Source of the DNA: a virus
Lineage: Duplodnaviria; Caudoviricetes
IMG/VR virus record: IMGVR_UViG_3300022752_000016
DNA length: 64,000 nt
Reading direction: 5' to 3' (one strand)
Below the pieces are notes generated by a model. That model saw nothing but the letters and a program-made list of their open reading frames with translations, searched no databases and was not told the origin of the DNA. Position numbers and translations under genes: made by a program. Shown piece by piece: positions 47,558-56,418 of this stretch (the first letter of the stretch is position 1; the number at the start of each line of letters is the position of its first letter).

Positions 47558-48397
47558 ATGTCACAGTTAAAAGTAAGCGAACTATTCTATAGTATCCAAG
47601 GTGAGGGCCGATATATGGGTGTACCAAGTGTGTTCCTTCGTGTGTTTGGATGTAACTTTACATGTGGTGGATTTGGTATGCCACGAGGACAAACTAGTAA
47701 TCAACGTAATGAAATTAAGGTAGAATTATTTAAAGATTATAAAGAACTACCATTGGTATCTACTGGGTGTGATAGTTATGCAAGTTGGGATCCTAGGTTT
47801 AAACATCTTAGCCCAGTTCTTGATACAAATACAATCGTAACTAGTATACTAGATTTATTACCTACTGGGTATTGGCAAGGAGAACATTTAGTTATTACAG
47901 GTGGCGAACCATTGTTAGGTTGGCAACGTAATTATCCTGATTTACTAGGACATGATTTTATGGAACATTTAAGTGATATTACGTTTGAAACTAACGGTAC
48001 GCAAAAATTAACAAATGTTTTTTATGATTATCTTAAGGATTGGTCAAAAAGTAAAAACGGTGAAGTAACATTTAGTGTAAGTGCAAAGTTACCAAACAGC
48101 GGTGAAAAGTGGGATGAAGCAATCAATCCAGATATAGTATGTCAATATCAAGAAGTTGGCTATACATATTTAAAATTTGTAGTAGCAACTGAAGATGATA
48201 TTGAAGATGCCGAAAAAGCAGACAGCGAATTTAGAAATGCAGGATTTGTTGGGCCCACTTATATTATGCCTGTTGGTGGTGTTGATAGTGTATATAATTT
48301 AAACGCAAAGAATGTAGCATTAGCAGCTATGAAACGAGGTTGGCGTTATAGTGATAGACTGCAAGTACTACTATTTAAAAACGAATGGGGAACATAA
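47558..48397 (+). CDS. queE: 7-carboxy-7-deazaguanine synthase (radical SAM)
   Basis: ELFYSIQGEG, FLRVFGCNFTC...GCDS, VITGGEPLL, FETNGT, RLQV. Confidence 0.88.
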   Translation: MSQLKVSELFYSIQGEGRYMGVPSVFLRVFGCNFTCGGFGMPRGQTSNQRNEIKVELFKDYKELPLVSTGCDSYASWDPRFKHLSPVLDTNTIVTSILDLLPTGYWQGEHLVITGGEPLLGWQRNYPDLLGHDFMEHLSDITFETNGTQKLTNVFYDYLKDWSKSKNGEVTFSVSAKLPNSGEKWDEAINPDIVCQYQEVGYTYLKFVVATEDDIEDAEKADSEFRNAGFVGPTYIMPVGGVDSVYNLNAKNVALAAMKRGWRYSDRLQVLLFKNEWGT

Positions 48398-48579
48398 TGA
48401 AAACATATATAATTACTAGAAATCAATACGAAAAAATTAAAGAGGTGTTTGAAATGTACGATACAATTGACTATGTAAAAATACATGAAGAAAGTACGTC
48501 TGGTATAGGACCAACAACAACATTAGAATTTAATCCAAGCTTTGTTAAAGTTGATATTACTGATGTTGAAAGTTGGTAA
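48397..48579 (+). CDS. Hypothetical protein
   Basis: ATG overlaps the queE stop. Confidence 0.6.
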   Translation: MKTYIITRNQYEKIKEVFEMYDTIDYVKIHEESTSGIGPTTTLEFNPSFVKVDITDVESW

Positions 48580-48767
48580 TGTTAGTAGGAACTGACTATA
48601 AATTTTTATTATTTCCCAAACGCTGTAGTTTAACAAACAAGTTATTATGGCTTTGTTATGCATATGAGCATATTCATTTATACACAGGACTTGGGGAACC
48701 TTTATTTGAATACAAATATTATGATAAGAAGCATTATTTGGTAAATAAGTTAAAGGGTGTATTGTGA
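48579..48767 (+). CDS. Hypothetical protein
   Basis: Coupled ORF. Confidence 0.55.
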   Translation: MLVGTDYKFLLFPKRCSLTNKLLWLCYAYEHIHLYTGLGEPLFEYKYYDKKHYLVNKLKGVL

Positions 48768-50092
48768 GAACTTACGACAAACGGATTGGTTTCATTGTTA
48801 GTAGTCAAACACTAATCCCACATGGTGGTATAGGACAATTTGCAAAAAGTTTTTGTGAGTTAATGAACGAACATAATATTAAAGTTGATATTATTACAGA
48901 TAAAGAACCCAATGATAAAGACTTTGTAAAATCACTTAATACTAAAGTTATAACGCCGTCAGTGTCATTACCTTATACGAATCATAGTAATATTTTTATG
49001 TATGGAGATACATATTGCTATGAGCGTATGGCTAACTTTCGTAATGCTATTATACAGGCATTAGAAAATAATTTATATGACGCATTCATATGCAACACAT
49101 ATGAAAGTGTTCAAGTTGCAAGTACAATTGGTTTAGAGGATGTAATTAAAATTATAGCCTACACTCATTTGGAAAGTCAAATATTTAAGGATACTAAAAA
49201 TCCCTTTTTAGCATCTACCAATCAAATGATGCGTATGCAACTTAAGTTGAATGGTATATACATAGGAACACAAAGTAAGTTCAATCAGTTAACCATTGGA
49301 GATAGTGCTTATCATTTACCTATTCCTATTACAGAAAAGAAATTACTTAATAAGTTTGATAATGCTAGGGAGGGTGTTTTGTTTATTGGACGCTGGGAAG
49401 AAGGCAAGAATCCTGAACTGTTTATTGAATTGATAGAGCAAACAAAACTCCCAGCAAAAGTAATGACAAGCCCAAATGGTGTTAAAAAGTTTGAAGATAG
49501 GTTAAAAAGGATTAATGCAAAGTATGAAATACGTGCTAGCATTATTGGACAGGAGAAAGTAGATTTTATTACAAGTGCTAGAATAGCTTTTAATCCTAGT
49601 ATTGTTGAAAGTTATGGTATGGCTTTTTACGAACAAATGATACAAATGCCTACTGTAGTATTAGAAAATCAAAGATGGACAAATAATTTTGATTCAAACT
49701 ATTTCTATACGTGTAATAAAAAGAACATGGCAGAAATAGTCATGGGGTTATACAAGAATGTGCCAACATCTGATGTTTGGTATAAAAATGGTATTATTGA
49801 AAAGTATCGTAGGATAGAAGATCAGGTGTTTCATAAATGGAACAATTGCTTTAGTGATTTTAAATGTAGGGAATCAAACTCAACCACAGCTAAAATATGT
49901 AATGAAACTACAGTTAAACTATCAGATTATATTAGTAGCCTAAAAAGGAATTTAATTTGTATAGACGATATCCGTAGCGTATTAACTAATAAACATAAGT
50001 TTCGTATAATTTACACAGACAATGATACATATCTAACGAAAGACCCTAGTTTTGAACCAACAGATACAGAGGATTTATTTGAAGGATTATGA
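48764..50092 (+). CDS. Glycosyltransferase (GT-B/GT4-like)
   Basis: HGGIGQF, LFIGRWEEGKNP, FNPSIVESYGMAFYE. Confidence 0.8.
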   Translation: MRTYDKRIGFIVSSQTLIPHGGIGQFAKSFCELMNEHNIKVDIITDKEPNDKDFVKSLNTKVITPSVSLPYTNHSNIFMYGDTYCYERMANFRNAIIQALENNLYDAFICNTYESVQVASTIGLEDVIKIIAYTHLESQIFKDTKNPFLASTNQMMRMQLKLNGIYIGTQSKFNQLTIGDSAYHLPIPITEKKLLNKFDNAREGVLFIGRWEEGKNPELFIELIEQTKLPAKVMTSPNGVKKFEDRLKRINAKYEIRASIIGQEKVDFITSARIAFNPSIVESYGMAFYEQMIQMPTVVLENQRWTNNFDSNYFYTCNKKNMAEIVMGLYKNVPTSDVWYKNGIIEKYRRIEDQVFHKWNNCFSDFKCRESNSTTAKICNETTVKLSDYISSLKRNLICIDDIRSVLTNKHKFRIIYTDNDTYLTKDPSFEPTDTEDLFEGL

Positions 50093-50913
50093 AGAAAATA
50101 CTAATAACAGGAAATAGTGGTTATATTGGATCGCATCTTACCAAGCTACTAAGCAAAGATTATGAAGTACATGGATTAGATAAAAAAGATTTGATTGTAC
50201 CAGTAAAAGAATTTTACAAATTAGATATTAACCGAAAATTTGTATTGCCTATAGAATTTGATTGTGTAGTGCATTTAGCAGCATTGGTTAATGTGGGCGA
50301 AAGTGAAACCAATTCAATAAATTATTACATCACCAATGTAAATGGTACAATGAATGTATTAGCAAACATTAAAACTAAAAACTTTATATTTTCTAGTACA
50401 GGAGCAGCGGAATTTTGTAAAAGTGCATATGGTGTAACAAAACGATCAGCAGAATATATTATAAAAGAATATTGCACACTTCATTCACAAACTCCATATA
50501 CTATTTTTAGATTTTATAATGTCATCGGTAATGATGGAATTAACCCAACAAATCCAGACGGATTATTTTATAATTTAATTAAAGCTAAAGATACAGGTAC
50601 TTTTACTATATATGGCAAAGATTATGAAACACCTGATGGCACTTGTTTACGTGACTATGTACATGTTAATGAAATTTGTCATGCAATTAAAACCGCAATA
50701 GAAAAACCAAGTAATAGTATTGAATGTCTTGGACATGGTGTAGGATACAGCGTTAAAGAAATTGTAAATAAATTTCAAATTGTAAATCAGTGTGATTTTG
50801 ATATTAAATATGGACTAAGACGATTAGGTGATTTACCTGTCAGCGTATTAGAAGATGTGTCGCCATATATGGAAAATTTATATACTATTGATGAATTACT
50901 TAAAGTTACATAA
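50089..50913 (+). CDS. NAD-dependent epimerase/dehydratase (GalE-like)
   Basis: ITGNSGYIGSH, HLAA, YGVTK, RFYNV, DGTCLRDYVHV. Confidence 0.9.
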   Translation: MKKILITGNSGYIGSHLTKLLSKDYEVHGLDKKDLIVPVKEFYKLDINRKFVLPIEFDCVVHLAALVNVGESETNSINYYITNVNGTMNVLANIKTKNFIFSSTGAAEFCKSAYGVTKRSAEYIIKEYCTLHSQTPYTIFRFYNVIGNDGINPTNPDGLFYNLIKAKDTGTFTIYGKDYETPDGTCLRDYVHVNEICHAIKTAIEKPSNSIECLGHGVGYSVKEIVNKFQIVNQCDFDIKYGLRRLGDLPVSVLEDVSPYMENLYTIDELLKVT

Positions 50914-51766
50914 CAAATATTTTGCCAACACTGCTTGCTAATACATCATTAAACATCATTTCCATATCATTAGCTAACACATCACTAGCATTTTTCCTAT
51001 CTGCTTCATCACGGTATTCAGGTTTGATACTCATGTATTTCGTTGGATTACCAAACACTTTACGTCCATATCCTAAATTAGTTGGAAATGGATTTAAAGT
51101 AATTTTTCCTGTTCCTAAATATTGAGCAAATAACTCATACATAAATTCGTAGGGGCGTCTGATTTGACCACTACGACTACTACGCTGTGTTCCTATAGCG
51201 TTAAACAATGCATTGTATTCTTGTGTTAATGTCCATTTTATTGCTGGCATATTATATGGTTTACCTAATTTACTATAATACTTATCAAGTAAATTATTTA
51301 CGGTTCCAAAAAAGTGTTTTTCAGCTTCAGCCCACTCACTCCATCCTTGACTTCTACGAACTCCTGCTTGTATAGCATGACCAAAACGATGTGCCATTAA
51401 CCATGGTGTTAACATTACTTTAGCGTCTCCACGATTGCCGACGTACACAACAGTAATGGCATTTTCATGCCCATCGAGTATTTGATCTGCTTGTTCTTTA
51501 TTAAAAGTATTTCTTATTTCTCCTGGATGCATTGGGCCATGTTCGCTATATTTACCAAAGCCAGATACATTAGTAAAGAACAACCTAAAATCATATGGAG
51601 TTCTTTCAAAAAACTTTTGCGTTTTTAATTCACTTTTAGGGTGGGGTATTAATCTTTTATCTACGCCACGAAATGGTCCAGGTTTTGTAAAGTCACCAAA
51701 CGTTTGGTACTTAGACAATGCCATTTCATCAACTTCGCTCTCCCTAAGAAACTCAATCGCTCGCAT
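50906..51766 (-). CDS. Putative internal head protein (CTS-like MRAIEFLRE), HRxGH motif
   Basis: 286-aa ORF; VDEMAL linker; WLMAHRFGHAI. Confidence 0.65.
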   Translation of the reverse strand: MRAIEFLRESEVDEMALSKYQTFGDFTKPGPFRGVDKRLIPHPKSELKTQKFFERTPYDFRLFFTNVSGFGKYSEHGPMHPGEIRNTFNKEQADQILDGHENAITVVYVGNRGDAKVMLTPWLMAHRFGHAIQAGVRRSQGWSEWAEAEKHFFGTVNNLLDKYYSKLGKPYNMPAIKWTLTQEYNALFNAIGTQRSSRSGQIRRPYEFMYELFAQYLGTGKITLNPFPTNLGYGRKVFGNPTKYMSIKPEYRDEADRKNASDVLANDMEMMFNDVLASSVGKIFVM

Positions 51767-51767
51767 A

Positions 51768-52949
51768 TTAGTGAAACATTAAGAACTGATTTTGTACATC
51801 TAATCTTGGCGCACCTAAGTCCCCATGCCCTGCAGGGAATACAACAACATTCCATTTTGGCTTAGGACCTTCAGGAATCTTTACCATTTGATCATATGTA
51901 ATAATGCTATCTTTATCAATATTATATTTACTTGCTAATTTATTTTTAAATTGATCCCATGCTTCGTTACTAGCAATAATTGTTTTACCATCTTCATCCT
52001 TAATATACTTACCTTTTTGATCTGTTTTAAATAAACCCTTAAAGAATTCTTTTGGTAATGTTACAGCATCTTTAACAAACTTGCCTTTATCTCTAGCAAA
52101 TTGCACTGTTTTTACTTCTTTACTCTTTGCTCCTGGGCTAAACTGCTTAACAACATTTGGTGGGCTGTTTGGATCCGTAACTATTTCGCCCATTTTACTA
52201 TAGAAATAAAATCTTACATCAGGATTCATTCTAGCAACATCCATCATTAAATCATAATAATCTTTACTAAAGAAATCCCCTGCATCATGTATACGAACTA
52301 ATAACTTTATACCAGCTTTGTCTACTCTAGCTTTAGCTTGTTTAACTTCACGGTCAAACATTTTCATATAATCTATTGGATGATTTAATAAGAAGTTTAA
52401 TGCTCTAGCAGCACTCATACTACTGCCTGGGAACATTACATAACCACCTTTTCTAGCATAACAATATAATTGACATTCACCAGCACCTGGGCATGTTTCT
52501 ACTTCAACGAAAACTGGCTCACCTGCTGAACTTGCTTCTTCATCAACTACAATACCACTTAATGCTGGTAATGTTAAATCATAAGTAATAGCACCCTCTT
52601 TTTTACTTTTAGCCATTTTAGCATTTGTGCCTAAAATACTATTTGGAGGTGTTGTTATTTGGTTAGCTAAATCTACTAAATCCCATTCTGTATTCTCATT
52701 GTCCTTTGTGATTGCTTTAATATTACTTGCGTGTATAATAGGCTTAAAGCGATCAGATTTAGTTTTTTCACCACTTTTAATGCGTGTCAAGTATGCTTGT
52801 AAGTCTTTCTTGTCATATTGTTTTTGAGGAATATCAACTTTGAGTGCTTCATCGACACCCTGTTGTTCAATATTTAATGGTGTGACAGGAAACCCGCCCA
52901 ATGTACTTACGGACATTTTATCTTCAAATAAAATTTCATTAATTTTCAT
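51768..52949 (-). CDS. GP88-like Cys-cluster protein with CTS-like N-terminus
   Basis: MKINEILFE...QQGVDEA; TCPGAGECQLYCYARKG; VRIHDAGDF; FYFYSK. Confidence 0.7.
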   Translation of the reverse strand: MKINEILFEDKMSVSTLGGFPVTPLNIEQQGVDEALKVDIPQKQYDKKDLQAYLTRIKSGEKTKSDRFKPIIHASNIKAITKDNENTEWDLVDLANQITTPPNSILGTNAKMAKSKKEGAITYDLTLPALSGIVVDEEASSAGEPVFVEVETCPGAGECQLYCYARKGGYVMFPGSSMSAARALNFLLNHPIDYMKMFDREVKQAKARVDKAGIKLLVRIHDAGDFFSKDYYDLMMDVARMNPDVRFYFYSKMGEIVTDPNSPPNVVKQFSPGAKSKEVKTVQFARDKGKFVKDAVTLPKEFFKGLFKTDQKGKYIKDEDGKTIIASNEAWDQFKNKLASKYNIDKDSIITYDQMVKIPEGPKPKWNVVVFPAGHGDLGAPRLDVQNQFLMFH

Positions 52950-52958
52950 AGTATGAAT

Positions 52959-52996
52959 CCAAATAATTTGCTAATAAATAATAGTTTTGCTATTAT
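52959..52996 (+). promoter_or_regulatory. Sigma70-like promoter with upstream CCAAAT element
   Basis: CCAAAT-N3-TTGCTA-N17-TATTAT with extended TG. Confidence 0.6.
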
Positions 52997-53003
52997 AATT
53001 ATG

Positions 53004-53011
53004 TATTTATC
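53004..53011 (-). promoter_or_regulatory. Candidate late promoter (GATAAATA) for the minus-strand cargo genes
   Basis: About 55 nt upstream of 52949 on the minus strand. Confidence 0.5.
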
Positions 53012-53024
53012 AAAATAGGGCATC

Positions 53025-54047
53025 ATGTATACTAATCAAAATATCAAACGTCTTGGTTTCGCTTGTAAATGGGTCGAAGTCAATAAGAAAGGTGAGATTG
53101 CAAGTGTAGAAGGGCTTAACACAGGTGGTACCACACATGCTTGGGCAAAACGTCAAATCCGTGAAAAAGCAGAAGAAAAAGTATTGGATGTAGCTAAACG
53201 CAATATTGTTAATACCCATAACCTTATTAAAAAGGTTGCTACATTACCCCCTGCTTTACGCATGGTTCGTCTTACAAGCGACATGCTCAGTTTTTATACC
53301 ATGGATGATTGGAAACCGTTTTGGCAATCACAGACTGTAAGAACATTGTTAGAAAAATGGTTTGCCCCATTAGGTGAAACTGCAAGACAAAATGATGTAC
53401 GGGTAAGCTTTCATCCCGATCAATTTGTAGTATTGGCAAGTGATCGCCCTGAAGTAGTAAATAAAAGTATAGAGGAGTTTGAATATCATGTGGATATGGC
53501 CCGTTGGATGGGGTACACAAAAAAATTTCAGGACATTAAAATCAACATCCACATCTCGGGTAGAGCCGGTGTCGAAGGTTTTAGACAAGCCTACAAGAGA
53601 CTGTCTGACTCAGCCCGCAGTAGTATTACAATTGAAAACGAAGAAATAAGTTATGGACTCGATGATTGCCTTCAGCTTAGTGATATTGTTCCTATTGTTC
53701 TTGATATTCATCACGCTTGGATTAACGAAGGATTATATATCCAGCCAAACGATGATCGTGTCAAAAGGGTTATTGATAGCTGGCGGGGTATTCGCCCTAC
53801 TTGCCATTTTTCTGTCAGTAGAGAAGATATCTTGGTTAACCACTGCCTTCATACACTTCCCGATTATAAGGTTCTCTTAGAATCAGGACATAATAAACAG
53901 AAACTACGGGCACACAGTGATTATTATTGGAATGACGCTGTTAACCGTTGGGCTTTACAGTTTAACGAAAATTTTGATATAATGTGCGAAAGCAAGGCTA
54001 AAAATCTTGCTAGTATGAAACTTTACGATACATATATAAATGTTTGA
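53025..54047 (+). CDS. uvsE: UV damage endonuclease
   Basis: RLGFACK, RLTSD, SFHPDQF, TIENEE, VLDIHH, RAHSDY, CESKAKNLA. Confidence 0.9.
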   Translation: MYTNQNIKRLGFACKWVEVNKKGEIASVEGLNTGGTTHAWAKRQIREKAEEKVLDVAKRNIVNTHNLIKKVATLPPALRMVRLTSDMLSFYTMDDWKPFWQSQTVRTLLEKWFAPLGETARQNDVRVSFHPDQFVVLASDRPEVVNKSIEEFEYHVDMARWMGYTKKFQDIKINIHISGRAGVEGFRQAYKRLSDSARSSITIENEEISYGLDDCLQLSDIVPIVLDIHHAWINEGLYIQPNDDRVKRVIDSWRGIRPTCHFSVSREDILVNHCLHTLPDYKVLLESGHNKQKLRAHSDYYWNDAVNRWALQFNENFDIMCESKAKNLASMKLYDTYINV

Positions 54048-54477
54048 TAAACTCAAAAAGTTTTTAGGATTGAACGATGTAGGGTCACGACCTGAGCCTC
54101 CGAGCGAGGCTCATCCTAAAAAAACAAGACAACAAAAACAAAAACCTCCTGAAATAAAACTATCTGCAAAAGAACAAGCCACTGCAAATGGCGAACCATA
54201 TATTGCAATACTTAATGTTGAATTGGATCCAAATAATATAAACAATGGTAGTTTTGAACTTGATTGGAACGATAAATTTATTATCAATCTAACTAAAGCA
54301 GGCTACAAAATAAAACAAGAAGATACAGATGCACAGGTTGTAGACCGTTGGTTTCAAACCGTATGTAGAAACATAGCATTAGAAATATATGAACAGCAAC
54401 AGGCTGACCCAACAAATCGTGATTTAAGAATTGTTCGTAGTAGGGATATTGGCAATGGACGCACAGAGGTGAGTTAA
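54040..54477 (+). CDS. Hypothetical protein
   Basis: 145-aa coupled ORF. Confidence 0.75.
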   Translation: MFDKLKKFLGLNDVGSRPEPPSEAHPKKTRQQKQKPPEIKLSAKEQATANGEPYIAILNVELDPNNINNGSFELDWNDKFIINLTKAGYKIKQEDTDAQVVDRWFQTVCRNIALEIYEQQQADPTNRDLRIVRSRDIGNGRTEVS

Positions 54478-54890
54478 TGAGTAGATATGATTATGTGAAA
54501 TGTAGTATTCCTAATTGCTGTAATAAAGTTGGTTATCATCGTGTAAAAAGTGCTAAACTATTTGATGGGTTTAGCGTTAAATGGAAAACAGTCTGTGAAA
54601 AACATAGAAATGGTTTAGGCAAAGCAATTACTGATAATTGGAAATTACAGAATGGATGTAGCAATCGTACAGGAAAATACGGAGGCATTCCATGTAATTG
54701 TGTAATTACAGATCCTAGTCAATTAGAAATCAATCATATTGATGGGAATAACTTTAATAGGGATGAAAGCAATATTGAAGTATTATGTAGTAATTGTCAT
54801 AGATTAGCTACGATGACGCAAAATCATCATTTACCAAATAGTAGTCATAAGGTACGAATAGGAAATAGCGAATTATTTCCTGACTTATAA
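54477..54890 (+). CDS. HNH endonuclease-like protein with Cys clusters
   Basis: LEINHIDGNNFNRDESNIEVLCSNCH. Confidence 0.75.
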   Translation: MSRYDYVKCSIPNCCNKVGYHRVKSAKLFDGFSVKWKTVCEKHRNGLGKAITDNWKLQNGCSNRTGKYGGIPCNCVITDPSQLEINHIDGNNFNRDESNIEVLCSNCHRLATMTQNHHLPNSSHKVRIGNSELFPDL

Positions 54891-54893
54891 TAC

Positions 54894-54931
54894 CCGAAAT
54901 ACTTTTCAATAATGCATAGTATGTGTATAAT
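54894..54931 (+). promoter_or_regulatory. Sigma70-like promoter with upstream CCGAAA element
   Basis: CCGAAA-N3-TTTTCA-N17-TATAAT. Confidence 0.55.
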
Positions 54932-54966
54932 ATGCGTATATTAACTATTTAAATACTATTCCAATT

Positions 54967-55968
54967 ATGAATTATGCACTTATTGACACTGCAAATACTT
55001 TCTTCCGTGCTCGGCATATTGCAAGTCGCAATAGTGACACATGGGAAAAGATTGGAATGGCATTACACTTAACATTGTCCAGTGTTAATATGGCAGTGCG
55101 TAGGTTTAATATTGACCATGTTGTATTTTGTTTAGAGGGTCGCAGTTGGCGTAAGGAATTTTACAAGCCATACAAAGCTAATCGTAGTCTTGATGAATCA
55201 GTCATGACTGAGGCTGAAGTAGAAGAAAACAAAATGTTTTGGGAAACGTATGAAATGTTTACTAATTTCTTACGTGAAAAAACAAATACCAGTGTATTGC
55301 GCCATCCTAACGCTGAAGCAGATGATATTATTGCTAGGTTCATTGCATTACATCCTAACGATAATCACTACATTATTAGCAGTGACAGTGATTATGTTCA
55401 ATTAATTGCTGAAAATGTAAATCAGTACAATGGTGTAAGTAATCAACTTATTAAATTATCAGGTTATTACGATGAGAAGGATAGACTTATTGTAGACAAA
55501 AAAACTAAAGAACCAAAACTATTAGGTGATCCACAGTTTCTATTGTTTGAAAAGTGTATGCGTGGGGATAGCACTGATAATGTTTTCAGTGCGTATCCAG
55601 GTGTACGTACAAAAGGCAGTAAGAATAAAGTTGGGTTGATTGAAGCGTATGAGGATCGCAACAAACAAGGCTTTAATTGGAACAATATGATGTTGCAACG
55701 TTGGTTAGATCATAATGGCGAAGAACAACGGGTTCGTGAATGTTACGAACGTAATCGCACATTGATTGATTTAACAGCACAACCACAAGATGTTAAGGAT
55801 GATGTAGACGGTGTTATCAAAAAAGATGTACGTGTAAAGGTCACGCCACAATGTGGTGTTCATCTAATGAAGTTTTGTGGGAAATATGAGTTAAATAAGA
55901 TAAGTGAACAAGCTGAAACTTATGCAAAATGGTTAAATAATCCATACAAAGGTACAGTAAATGTATAA
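54967..55968 (+). CDS. rnh: RNase H/5'-3' exonuclease (T4 rnh-like)
   Basis: IDTAN, CLEGRSWRK, EADDIIA, SSDSD, GDSTDNV. Confidence 0.9.
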   Translation: MNYALIDTANTFFRARHIASRNSDTWEKIGMALHLTLSSVNMAVRRFNIDHVVFCLEGRSWRKEFYKPYKANRSLDESVMTEAEVEENKMFWETYEMFTNFLREKTNTSVLRHPNAEADDIIARFIALHPNDNHYIISSDSDYVQLIAENVNQYNGVSNQLIKLSGYYDEKDRLIVDKKTKEPKLLGDPQFLLFEKCMRGDSTDNVFSAYPGVRTKGSKNKVGLIEAYEDRNKQGFNWNNMMLQRWLDHNGEEQRVRECYERNRTLIDLTAQPQDVKDDVDGVIKKDVRVKVTPQCGVHLMKFCGKYELNKISEQAETYAKWLNNPYKGTVNV

Positions 55969-56185
55969 AACTACACAAACAAGTATAAGGATATTACGAC
56001 CAAATAACCCTAACTTTAATATTGAAGAAAATTATTTGCTTTATCCTAGAGCAAGTTTTGAAATAAGTAGTAGTTGTCCTGATAATTATAAGAGAGTAAT
56101 TGAAGAATGTATAGAATGTGGTTGGCTAAAGTCAATAGCACATGTAAGAGATAGTGAATTATTTTGGGAAGAATTTCACAAATGA
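55961..56185 (+). CDS. Hypothetical protein
   Basis: Coupled ORF. Confidence 0.65.
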   Translation: MYKTTQTSIRILRPNNPNFNIEENYLLYPRASFEISSSCPDNYKRVIEECIECGWLKSIAHVRDSELFWEEFHK

Positions 56186-56418
56186 CTACACCAAACATTT
56201 CAGTAACTATAATCAATCAGCATCATTTAAAATTATTTAATAGTTTTTTGAGGCTATTTAATAGTACCCAAGAATTAGTTGATTGGTATATTTCATTATC
56301 TGATTATGATAGACTTGTAGTCGAATCCATTAAAGAATTACTACTATTAGAACTAGTAGAATTAAAAGATACTGATTTATCTTTTGTACAGAAATATATA
56401 AAAACTTTTATGTTATGA
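56182..56418 (+). CDS. Hypothetical protein
   Basis: ATGA overlap with the upstream stop. Confidence 0.55.
   Translation: MTTPNISVTIINQHHLKLFNSFLRLFNSTQELVDWYISLSDYDRLVVESIKELLLLELVELKDTDLSFVQKYIKTFML

Noticed and set aside
16805-55685. Numerous 60-125 aa antisense or alternative-frame ORFs overlapping well-supported genes (e.g. 17637, 20994, 27781, 32058, 35422, 49312)
   Set aside because: They overlap genes with clear family motifs, lack RBS and show no recognisable motifs
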